Source: Takakia lepidozioides | Taxonomy: Eukaryota; Plantae; Bryophyta | Direction of reading: 5' to 3' | Assembly: GCA_030704615.1 (NCBI GenBank) | Contig: CM060732.1 | Coordinates: 26,598,001 to 26,662,000 of the forward strand | Length of the DNA: 64,000 bases | In this document: positions 40,904 through 52,939 of the stretch, in pieces | Position numbering within the stretch: the stretch's first letter is position 1 | How the letters are laid out: each line of letters begins with the position of its first letter | Position numbers and translations under genes: made by a program | Notes under the pieces: generated by a model | Databases searched by the model: none | Told to the model about the DNA's origin: nothing | The model's input: the letters and a program-made list of their open reading frames with translations, nothing else

Positions 40904-41968
40904 TCTAATATCCTGAAATGCAAGGACTTGAAAGGAAGGCATCGCGTATGTACCTGTACAGAAGGCACATTGCTGCTTTGTCCGCGTTCGGCTGGTCGGT
41001 GAACTTGTGGCTCCGGCGGGCATGGGGTATCTCCCGAAAGATTATGTCGGTTTTGTACAGCAGGAAGTACCTCGTCACATAGTCGCGTAGGCTCTCTGCT
41101 GCAGGAGAAATCTCCATCTTGAACTGATGTGCTTGTGTGTCCAGCTACTCTTGCGCATTCGTCGTCACCTGTGGAGATTCTCCATCAGATCGCTTTCCTG
41201 AAAAAATACAATGAATCCACCCCCTACAAGAGTAGAAGCGCCAAACGAAGCGTGGGGAAGTACCTGAAACCACCATGTCATGTGGTTCATCCACATGTCG
41301 AATGTGGGTCAGACAGTTTGTCCGGTTTGGGGAAATTCCACATGTCCCTTGTACTTTGGGAACAATTCTAGATTTGGAGCCACCGGGTCTGTCCAACCAC
41401 CCAGCATATTCGTAAGCGCCAAACCCACAAAAACGAGTTGTTGCCACCACAATTTGGTTAAGAAATGTATCACCTTTTCTGTTGCATCCACACAGGATGT
41501 GGCTAGACGATGGAGCTTCTCCAATGTCATCATGGGCATCAGAGCGCGGGAGTAGTGCTTCCCCACCTCCACCAGTCGGCACCAAGGGCGGGATCAGCTA
41601 TGGCCACGTACTTTACCATCCGCGACTTGTACTTTATGCGGGCCCTGGCCTCCGCAGCTTACGATTCGAGTGTCGGGAGGGTTAGATTCTTCTCCTCTGA
41701 CTCCATGTAGAACCTCCGCGCATGTGCCAAATCCTGCTGAATTTTCGTTCGTCGTCAAGAATGTGCACATAAGATTAGAGATCCTGCTCAACACTTTTTC
41801 TTCTATTGGGGAGGAGACAGATTAGCTCAACAAAATGTCAGGAGCTTTATCCGAAATATGTAGTCCACCATGGCGTCCATGCTCAGCCTATACCAGGTTC
41901 TGTTTGCCTTTGCCTCCGACTTGCGCAGGAGGTCGGCACTGAGCGAATTGACAAACTCTTGCACCCCC
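40904..41968 (-). pseudogene. ParB-like gene copy B fragment (gene-3' side of the LTR insertion), ending in TSD CCCCC at 41964-41968
   Basis: Homologous to 33125-33791 plus the reverse complement of 31927-32320, here uninterrupted. Confidence 0.88.
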
Positions 41969-44945
41969 TGTTAGAGGACCGTCTGGGACTTAGACACTTA
42001 TACGGGATCTGTGGGGTACCCTTAATTTTTGCACAGACTGAGACCAACATGAGCCTTAGGGGTGACAGCAGCGCACTTTAGGGGGGGTTACACAGCCCGT
42101 CACAGCCAACACAACCCGTCACAGTCCGACACAGCCGACACAGCCAGACACAGTCAACACAGTTCGTCAAACACAGTCGTCACACACCGACACACCACCC
42201 ATCACACAAGCACACAGCCAAACACAGTCGCACAGCCAGTCACAGCCCGACACACAGCCGGTCCCCAGCCGTTCACAGTTTCACACAGCCAGTCACGCTT
42301 GACACAGCTGTCACGACCATAGGGAACGGATAGCAGAACAGGGAATGACTGTGGGGAACAACACCTGCGAAGGGAACATGTTAGTTCACGGATGACGGTT
42401 AGTGAGGGAAACGGTTAGAACAACGGGTAGGAAGATAAAGCTAGGAGCAAGGACTGGAAAATGATCAATTCTTGGATCACTTCTTGGGGGAACCACTGCT
42501 GGAAGGAGTGGGAGGAGCACTTCTTGGGGAAGACTTCGGACATCACTGGGGGAAAGGAGGAGAGAGCGTATCTCTGAGCAGAAAGAGGGAGAGCACGGAG
42601 CAGGAGGAGGATCTGTTGATGCTTAATGAATGCAGGCAGTAGAATTGTAATGTAGAGCAGATTAGAGACTCCATGGCTTCAGCCTGATACTTGATAGATA
42701 TTAATCTGATACACACTTCATACTCACACTGTGTAGAGAGATCTGAGTGAAACTGTGGAATGAATGGATGAGTTGATGGAATCCGATAGATTGATGAAGC
42801 AAACTGAGATCAGCTCGAGTCTGTGAGTGCCAAGTTCGAGTTAGTTGTAGCACTTGTGTTTTCAGATCATGAAAAGCCTCGGATAGCGAAGGGATGGGTG
42901 AGTAAAAGCCGCGCGACATTTGGCGACCATACTGGGGAAACCTGGGTCATGAACAACCAGATGTGACAGGCATCTGGTGGGATCAGGTGGTTGGAGAATT
43001 AAAGAATTTGATGTGAATCAAATTCCTTTTGAAACTAAGAAGGAAAGATTGTCCAAACGATTCTTCCAGAGGTTTTTGGAATTGCCAGACGGTTGTAAAG
43101 AAAACATTCTTAAGAAAGTGCATGATGCTGACCCTGAGTGGGGTCTGGAGAAAGGAGTGATAAAGATTTATCAGGTGGCCTGTAGAGGAAGAGCACGTTG
43201 GTTACCAACATTGGTTTATGTGATAGCATTGCTATCCATTAAGCGAGTAGAGTTTGAAGGCTGGGAGGAAAGAAAGGTGAATGTTTATACTCATATGCAT
43301 GAAGAGCTTGTACTGGTAAAGAATTGGATTCCAAAGGATATTTTGTGGATCAAACTCACACCAAGAACAGCTTTCCAGACTTGTTTGCCATATGGTTATA
43401 TGGTAACGGAGATTTCAAGTATAGCCAAGGGTGCATTGAAGCTTGAAAGAAACCCAGGCATATACGAGAGATATTACAGAGATATTACAGAAGAGAGTTT
43501 TGGTTATTGCCACATTAAAAAGAAATGAAAGACATGGGACATGAGTGATGAAAGAGAAGCTAGACGCCAGAGATATTCAGCAAAAAGAGAAAGCTATCTG
43601 AAAGCTAATTATCCATATCTTTGGAGAGAGGAATAGACATAGGGGAATCATCTGGACCTCTCACACCATTAAGATCAGAGAGTACAACAACCCCATACCG
43701 GAAGAACTAGAGTTGGATGTCACTCCTTCTGTTTCTTTGCAAGAAAGATTAAGGGAATTGGTACGGGAAGAGATCAATCACGAGGTGAAAGATCTGAGGT
43801 ACATCCCTGGATAAAAGATTTGACAGAATCTTTGATAAGAGTTGGCATGGAACACCAAAAGCAGGAACTCTCCAGTTTCTGAAGCGGAAGGTGAAGAAGG
43901 AGGAGAGGATGTGGCAGAGCCAACGGAGAGTTCAAACTCTCCAACACCACATTGCAGTTGAGTTACATGAGTGAAGAAGAAACCCAAGGGCAGAACTTGG
44001 AGGATGAAAACAGAGAGAAGAAATTGGAAGAGGAAGAATATGAAGAAGTAGACCCAACAGCTGAGGTTGAGACTACAACCAGGGGACATCCAACCCGTTG
44101 GACCTGGATCAAGTGGGGCACTTGGATTACAGGCCCAACGAAGGTGTCGGCTCAGGGGGATCAGGCGGGCTGCCTGGATCTGGCTCTGGGGGGGATAGGG
44201 AGTGTGGGAAGTAGTGCAACTGAAGCTGGGAATACTGTGAATATCGTGGGCCAGTAGCAGGGAGTGCTCAAGGGCCACCACTTGGTGGAAGATCCACCAC
44301 AACAACAACAGGTCCAGAAGGACCAGCACCAGCAAGGGTGCCAGCACCTGTCAGTGGGCAGAAGGTAGGGCCACAGATGGCGTTACACCCACACGGGCAA
44401 AACCACCTTTTCCAATATATTCAGGAAAAAGGGATCCCGATGTACACATTAGCCAATTTGAGCACATGTGTATAGTGAACAATGAGAATGGCGATGATGC
44501 CTTGTTCACTTATCAAGAAAGCAAGTGAATGGTATGCAAGATTCCCTGATAATCATTTCCTAACCTGGAATGGCTTGAATACAACATTCCGAAATAGGTT
44601 CAGGACAAGTAAAACTAAGGATGAAGTGTATGGAAGTTTACAACAGTTAAAGCAAAAGAAGCATGAAATTGTTGAGGAGTATATGGAAAAGATGGAATTG
44701 ATGATGAAAAAGCTGGCTGCAGTACCAGCACCAGGTTTACAGAAGACTTGGTTTGTGAGTGGACTAAGACCAGAGTTGCAAAAGAAAGTGGATATGTTAC
44801 CCCATAATACAGTGGAGGAGGCATTTGAAACTGCAAACAGAATTGAGCAATTGGGAATGCTCAGGAGAGAGAAAAGGGATGATGAGGACTCTGAGGATGA
44901 GTCAGATGAAGAAGAAGAGCAAGAACTAAAAAGGAAGAGGCCAAG
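41969..44945 (+). mobile_element. 5' half of the same Ty3/gypsy element: 5' LTR (41969-42918), PBS, upstream ORF, gag N-terminal part
   Basis: LTR TG...CA. ORF 42977-43528. Gag capsid-like KASEWYARFP...WNGLNTTFRNRF...LQQLKQKKHEIVEEY in ORF 44482, ending abruptly at CCAAG 44945. Confidence 0.92.
42921..42938 (+). promoter_or_regulatory. Primer-binding site TGGCGACCATACTGGGGA (tRNA-Arg-like by recollection)
   Basis: TGG-initial 18-mer 2 nt after the LTR end; tRNA identity is not verified. Confidence 0.75.
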
Positions 44946-45989
44946 ACTCACCTCGACTCATCACCGGGAGTCGAGGGTCTTCGTGGTGGTTCGCCATAAA
45001 ATGGCAGGGTTGTTTGTGAAACCCTCGCGGACAGTCACAGAAGTATATGTAGGGGGAGTAGTAACCCCGAGAATGGTGCAAGCCCGTTGGTGCTCCAAGT
45101 TGGACCGGCGGCCAGGTTGGGAGTTAGGCGCGCGCATCAAAGCGAGTAACTATGACTTGATGGGAACTTACCGAAGTGAGGTGCGCGATAGTTAAACATG
45201 AAAAAAAGAAACCATTCGATAGGACTTGGTGAAGAAGAACGAAACGCCTCACGATCGCGCCTTTATCGTGTACATTAGGTCAGGCCACGTGTTTAAAATT
45301 AATGTAATGCCACGAGTTACAAATTTTTAGGGCTTTTGATGGCAAAAACTATTAACTATGTTATGTGAGAAGTACAATGATTTGAACCCTAGACCATGTG
45401 CTTCGTATCGTGAAGAGAGATGTCGTAGTGACTAAGAGTGCTTTGAGGATCCATATGTTTCTTTATAGTTAAAGAGGGAAAAAAGAAACCATTTGACAGG
45501 TGTCTTTCTATCCAAGTTATGATGTTTTTTTCATCCCTTTCTCCATCGTTTTAATGACGTTACCTAAATACAAGTTCGAGTAGGTGCAAATTCCCCTAGT
45601 TTATGACCCACCATGCCTTTCCCCCTCCTTAGCCCGGAATGATGTAGGATTATTTTAGGAATTCATTTAATTCAATTTCAACTAATGACGATTAATACAA
45701 TGAATCCAGCAAACTTTCATTATTTCATCCAACAAGCAACTTCACCTACAGCACAGATACGCCACAAATGTCACATACGGGCACGTTCCTATTATGAATA
45801 CATATAGTTCCCAATATCTATCATGGGAACAACCCATGATATAAGGTTAAGGTTCAACTCACCAAACTGATGCGTAGTCCCTACCTTTAAGAAAGGGCAG
45901 GGCCAACAAACACGAAAAAGTACGAATACCTAAAAAATACGAATACACAGGAAGGAGAACAACTTCATTTGGTCAAGACCCAGGGTAAT

Positions 45990-48900
45990 AAGACTGTGGA
46001 TGCTCAGCTCCCTGGTCGTTTTCAAAGACCACTCTACAATCTCCAGACTGCACAGATAAGGTGGGTTATCATCTGTGTAAGTCTGGACATGTTCGTATGT
46101 TCCTCGTTGTGTAGAGTCCAATGGAGCCCACAGCGACTTGCATGAATGTTGTTGACAGCTCACTAGCACCCTTCCGTGTTGGAACTTGTCGAAATGCTGA
46201 TACTGTCGGAGCTCCCGGCACAAAAGTCTACCTTGGAGCACGAAGCAGAGCTGGCATGAGTTTTTTAAAGATCCTTCACGATGGTGGGGCAACCGCAGTA
46301 GCAAGGTGTGGGTTTTCTTAATGTACAATGTGAAGAAGTTTGTCCATGCAAATGTGGGCTCTTGGCTCTTCCTGTTAGTACCATGATTTGGTACCTTTTC
46401 CTGATGTTTACAAGGTACTCGGGAGGGTCAGCTTGGTCTTAGGAGGCCGTGTTCCAATCTATGCCTGATCAGCTGCACCGTGGTGGTTCTCACAGACCAA
46501 TCCGACATTGCCTGACTACTGACACAAGCAGCACACACAAGATGTCCTCTTGGGTTGATGGGTCGTCAATCCTCCATGGGTCGTGACACAAGGTCAAGGA
46601 CAATGTGGTGAGGGCACCTTCTTCTTCAACCTGTTTCAGCCTGTTTTGCCCTCTCATCAGACTCGGCCCTGAATTTGCATGTTGAATTCTGTAAGTTAGC
46701 TCGTTGGGTGGATCTGGTGGTTTGGAGTGACTTTGACAAGTTACTGCCAGTGTGGCAGCAGGAAAGTATTCAAAAACATATAACAGAGATGAGGAGAAGC
46801 TTTGGAGTGAACACTTTCCCGACCCAAGTCAATGGTGGGACAATGGAGACAAAAAGGTGAATGCCTGTTGGATTACAGAGAGAGCAGATGCAATTCAGAA
46901 TTGGAACTAGTGTGATAGTGGGTTGGGGGTGTTTTTCTGGAAGAACTCCACACCGGCAGTGTCAGCTGCTAGCAGCAAGGCGAGGATGTATGCAATTTAC
47001 ACAGGCAGGGATAGCTGAAGGACCAGGAATAGAGTGTGGGTCCAGATTCATTCAAGAGGGCCGGTTTTCAAATACAAGATTACTTCTGATTCCCTGTGGA
47101 TCAATAGCTACGAGAAACCTGCGTGGGTAGATGGTCAACTGGAAACAGCAGCAGCAGCAGCACAATTGATAGAACTAGGCACCGAAGGCACCTTCTTCAA
47201 CACATTTCAGCCTGTTTTTCCTGTTATCAGAGTCATCCCTAAATTTTCATGTTGAAATCTGCAAGTTAGCTCGTTGGGTGGATCTATGGTGGTTTTAGAG
47301 TGACTTTGTCATGTTACTACCAATGTGGCAACAGGAAAGTATCGAAAACCAGATAACAGAGACGAGGAGAAGCTCTGGAATGAATACGTTTCCGACCCCA
47401 GTCAATGGTGGAACAATCGAGGCGAAAAGGTGAACACCTGTTGGAAGCAGACGCAAGTCAGCATAGGAACTAGTGTGATGAGTAGGGTTGGGGTGTTTGC
47501 TAGAACAAATCTAGGCTGTCATTGTCAGCTGGTAGCAGCAAGGCAAGGATGTATGCATGATTTGTGGAGAGGCATGGATAGCTGAAGGAGCTGGGATAGA
47601 GTTTGGGTCCAGATTCATCCAAGAGGGCCAGATTTCAAGCACAAGATTACCTATGATTCCCTGTGGACCGATAGCTACAAGAACCCTGCATGGATTGATC
47701 GTCAACTGGAAGCCGCAGCAGAAGTGGCACAGGTCATAAAATCAGGCACCTCGACCATGACCACAGCGTCCGGAAGAGAACCAAGAGAGGGAGTCTGCAA
47801 TGCCTCTTCTGGCACTTCTGGGCATGTGAGGATGCTCTGTGAGGTAGGGCGACTGAAAGAGGCTCTTCAGGCTCTAAACCAAGGAGGCATTTCAGCAGAT
47901 CCAGATACATATGTCTGTCTCTTGCATAAGTGCATTAAGATGAAAGGCCTGGAAGCTGGAAAGCAGGTGCACACTCACATTATCCAAAGTGGATTCAAGC
48001 CAAACGTTTTTCTACACAACACCCTTGTCAACATGTATGTTAAGTGCGGGAGCATCATGGATGCTCACCAAGTGTTCAACAGAATGCCTCAACGATCTTT
48101 GATCACGTGGAATATAATGTTGGCAGGATTTACCAAGCATGGTGGTACGAATGCTTGGAGACCTATGAGCAAATGCTGCGCAAAGGGGTGAAGCCCAACC
48201 ACATCACGTTTGTTTGTGTTTGCAATGCGTGTGCAAGCCTGGGAGCCCTGGAAAAGGGGAAAGAGGTCCATGGTGACATTGTCAAAGCTGGAATTGTACC
48301 AGATGTCATTCTGAACACTGCCCTTGTAGACATGTATGCCAAATGTGGGTGCATCAAGGATGCACAGGCAGTGTTCAACAATATGGCTGAACGAAATGTG
48401 GTATCGTGGAGCGCGATGATTGCAGGATATGCACAGCAGGGGCGCGGGATGGAAGCTTTGGAGACCTATGAGCAAATGATGCGCGAAGGGGTGAAGCCCG
48501 ACCCCATCACGTTTGTTTCCATCTGCAAGGCGTGTGCAAGCCTGGCAGCTCTGGAAAAGGGCAGAGACGTCCATGGCGACATTGTCAGAGCTGGAATTGT
48601 ACCAAATGTCATTCTGAACAATACCCTCGTGGACATGTATGCAAAATGTGGGTGCATCGAGGATGCAGAGGGAGTGTTTAACAGTATGGGTGAACGAGAT
48701 GTGGTGTCGTGGAGTGCGATGATTGCAGGATATGCACAGCAAGGGCGCGGGATGGAGGCTTTGGAGACCTATGAGCAAATGATGTTCGAAGGGGTGAAGC
48801 CCAACCACATAACCTTTGTTTGCATTTGCAATGCGTGTGCAAGCCTGGCAGCCCTGGAAAAGGGCAAAGAGGTCCATGGTAACATCGTCAAATCCGGAAT

Positions 48901-50232
48901 TGTACCCGATGTCATTCTCAACACTGCCCTGGTGGACATGTATGCCAAATGTGGGAGCATTGAGGATGCGAAGGGAGTGTTCAACAATATGGCTGAACGA
49001 GATTTGGTGTCATGGAACGCCATGCTTGCAGGATATGCACAGCAGGGGCGGGGGATGGAGGCTTTGGAGACCTATGAGCAAATAATGGGGGAAGGGGTGA
49101 AGCCCAACCCACATCACGTTTGTGGTGCGTTTGCAATGCTTGTGCAAGCCTGGCAGCCCTGGAAAAGGGCAAAGAGGTGCATGGTGACATCATCAAAACT
49201 GGAATTGTACCAAATGTCATTCTGAATACTGCCCTGGTGGACATGTATGCGAAATGTGGGTGCATTGAGGATGCAAAGGGAGTATTTGACAATATGGCTG
49301 AACGAAATGTGGTGTCGTGGAACGCGATGATCGCAGGATATGCCCAGCATGGTTGTCATAGGGAGGTCCTGCAACTATTTGAAGGAATGCAAAAGAAAGG
49401 TTTGAAGCCGGACAGTATCACCTTTATGTGTTCTCTCTGCATGCCCACACTGGCCTACTGGATGAAGGAAGACGCTACTTTGATTCCCTGACTCAAGATC
49501 ATGGTGTCACTCTGACGTAAAGCACTTTGGCTGCATGGTGGACCTTCTTGGACGTGCGGGACAACTGGATGAGGCAGTGGACCTGATTAATAAAATGCCA
49601 ATCAATCCAGATGCTGCAGTGTGGAAGGCATTGCTTGGTGCATGCAGAATCCATGGCAATGTGGAGATGGCTGAACGTGCAGCAACATCTATCCTAAAGT
49701 GGGATGAACAAGATGCCGCGACTTATGTGTTGCTATCAAACATCTATGCTGCAGCTGGCAGGTGGGATGATACTGCAAAGGTGAGAAGATGATGAAGGTC
49801 AGAGGGGTTAGAAAAGGAGCCGGGTCGCTGCTGCATTGAGGTTGGCAACAGGGTGCCACCCTTCGTTGTAGATGACAAATTGCATCCCAAAATTAAGGAA
49901 ATCCATGCTGAGCTGAGAAGATTGTCTGGGCAGATGAAGGAGGCGGGGTATGTGCCTGACACGCGCTTTGTATTGCATGATGTGGGGGAGGAGGAAAAGG
50001 AATTTTCTCTTTGCCACCACAGTGAGAAGCTGGCCATTGGTTTTGGGCTGATCAGCACGACCCCTAGGACGCCTCTCCGTCTCATCAAGAATCTTCGAGT
50101 GTGTGGTGACTGCCACACCTCCACCAAATTCATCTCAAAGATTGTTGCCCGGGGCAATTGTTTGTACGGGACGCTAAACGCGCTTTCAACCACTTTGAAG
50201 ATGGGATTTGTTCTTGTGGGGATTACTGGTGA
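45990..50232 (+). pseudogene. PDF(x3)-PLS-PPR-E-DYW gene copy 1 (frameshifted as assembled; start uncertain)
   Basis: Intron-split PDF motifs (donors after 46305, 46856, 47429; acceptors before 46496, 47046, 47613). The last exon reads IHPRGPDFKHK...PAWIDRQL in frame into about 17 PPRs, then PG box, HHSEKLA, CGDC and GDYW-TGA at 50232. Confidence 0.9.
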
Positions 50233-52039
50233 AAGGATGTGTTCTTGGAAAGATGCGAGTGTCTTGCTTCATTCATTGATCTGTGTAGCTACTCAGATCA
50301 TCCACCATTTCCTGAGAGTCTTGACCGTGATGTACTGTTGAGTGCATTTCCTGTCGGGAAATGATAGTGGGGTCTACCCGGCATAGGTGGGAAGTCAGCC
50401 CATAATTGCACTTGACTGAAGGGGTGATATTGGACTGACCCTGGTGACAGTGGATGGAAATCAGAGTGCTGTCCTACTTCTGGGTTTGGGTGGTGGAGCT
50501 TCTCCAAATTTTAGTGAGCTTGATTAGAGGGGCAGCCCTGTGCACAAGTTTGGACATGTTTGGATGTTTCTTGTGGTGCGGGTTTGGATGGAGCCCTCGA
50601 GTAACTTGCATGAATATTGTCAAAAGCTAGCCTTAACCCAATCCCATGGTGGCTGCTTGAAAGTTCATATAGTGCTTGTAAGGGTATTTACGTATTTTGT
50701 TATTGATTGATGTGGCATGACTCCCTCACACTATAACATCGGTTTGTGCATGTTGGAGTTCAAGGTTGGGGGACGGAGTCCACCCACTTCAGAACACAAT
50801 TGCTACAGTTGGAGACCAGATTTGGGAGCCTGGATGAAACAATTGTGCATAGTTATATGCAACAATAAGCGTCACTGCTAGTGTCCACTGAAGCAGGTCC
50901 CGATCGATTGCTGGTGTGACTCCCAGTGTTCTCAGTAACTACTTGAGCTGCCAATCTCAAACAAGCCGAAAAACTCTCCTAAAATCCACTTCAAGAAAAG
51001 TGAGGTCTTTTTCTCTAGCTTCCAGTAACCATCAACATCCCAAAAACAAAGCTCTTGGTCTGTCATGTTGGTTCAATTAATATCAATAAAAATACACCCA
51101 ACTAAGGGATAACTTATGTGAATAATGAGAGGAAGATATATTACTGCTACTGCTCCTCCTTTGGCTGTGAGGGATTTGTAGGGAGCCGTGCTGCGAAGGG
51201 TTGGGGTGCTGCGAAGGGTTGGGATTCTCGTTTCCTCGCATGCAAGTTTTGGGGTATAGTAAGCAGATAGGGTTGTAGGGATGAAATTGTTCAAAATAGT
51301 TGATCGTTCTTATGCGCTAAAGGAATGAGCGGTGACTGAAGCACTGGAGATGAGGAGAAAGAAGGGTAGTTAGAGACCTGCCGAGGTGGCGCCGGTGAGA
51401 CTGATTTAGACTGAAACAGATTGTAGACCAAGAGAACGCAACGTGGAGATGTAGAGCAGTAAATACCGTGGATTGTGTGAGAGCATTAGTAAGGGGATTG
51501 GTCACTTATAAGCCAGCGAGTGAATTGGATCATGGGTTGTATGAACATCATGTATAATGAAGCAATGAGAGAAGTGGAAAACAGTACATTTGTGTCACCT
51601 GTCTTTGCCTAGTCATTGCATAGCGTGCACGCTGTAAGTTGTGAGCAAGGTTCAGACGTTCAGACAGATCTCAGAGTACTGAATATGTAGAAATAGCTCA
51701 GAAATGACGGCCTTGAGAGTGTATGACAGACTGGTTTGAACGTTTGCACATGATTGAAATCAACTACTAAGGTGTATAAACAGCAACGGCAGACTGTGAA
51801 TCGCTACTGTGGCAGAGATTGGTAAAATACAGAGTCCTGAGGATTGCCTGCAGTGAAATCTAGGGAAGCGGGATCAGATTAACACTGTTGAACATGGTGT
51901 AGCTCAGTGAGGGATGGCCAAGCGCAGGTGCTTGGGCGCATGGCCTACAAGGGGGAGTAAGTAACTTAGTGGATGAAGCATGTAATAAGTGAAAGTCGGG
52001 TGTGGGCGCCCATGACGTCTTCTCTTCCGCTGCAGCGGC

Positions 52040-52266
52040 ATGATGCGTTCGCATTGGACTGCCGGGGTGAGTGGCCCTGTTTAGTTTGGTCACGGACGCC
52101 TGTTCCGCCAACTTCCCCTAGTGTTTTGGATGGAAGGCTAGTGATGAACTGAGAATCCCAGAGTTCTCGAAGTTGATCTTGTTAGGTAAAATTGGGGGCT
52201 CTAGTTTCCCCACCTCGAGAACTGAACAGGGCCACTCACCCCATCAGTCCAATGCTACCGCATCAT
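52040..52266. repeat. About 46-bp imperfect inverted repeat with a ~135-bp loop (foldback or MITE-like)
   Basis: ATGATGCGTTCGCATTGGACTGCCGGGGTGAGTGGCCCTGTTTAGT pairs with ACTGAACAGGGCCACTCACCCCATCAGTCCAATGCTACCGCATCAT. Confidence 0.85.
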
Positions 52267-52939
52267 AAAACTATGCACAATTGTTTCACCAGGCTCCCAA
52301 ATCTGGTCTCCAACTGTAGCAATTGTGCTCTGAAGTGGGTGGACTCAGTCCCCCAACCTTGAACCCCAACATGCACAAACTGACGTTTTAGTGTGAGGGA
52401 GTCATGCCACATCAATCTACAACAAAATACCTAAATACCCTTACACTCACTATATGAACTTTCAAGCAGCCACCATGGGATTGGATCTTATGGGTTAAGG
52501 CTGGCTTTTGACAATATTCATGCAAGTTAGTCAAGGGCTCCATCCAAAGCCGCACCACAAGAAACATACAAACATGTCCAATGTAAGATGCTGTCACACT
52601 TGTGCACAGGGCTGCCCCTCTAATCAAGCTCATTAAAATTCGTATTCACTTCCATCTTCAAGCTTTGGAGAAGCTCCACCACCCAGACCCAGAATTTGGA
52701 CAGCACTCTGATTTCCATCCACTGTCACCAGAGTCAGTCCAATATCACCCCTTCAGTCAAGTGCAATTATGGGCTGACTTCCCACCTATGCCGGGTAGAC
52801 CCCACTATCATTTCCCGACAGGAAATGCACTCAACAGTACATCATGGTCAGTACTCTCAGGAAATGGTGGATGATCTGAGTAGCTACACAGATCAATGAA
52901 TGAAGCAAGACACTCTCATCTATCCAAGAAAACATCCTT

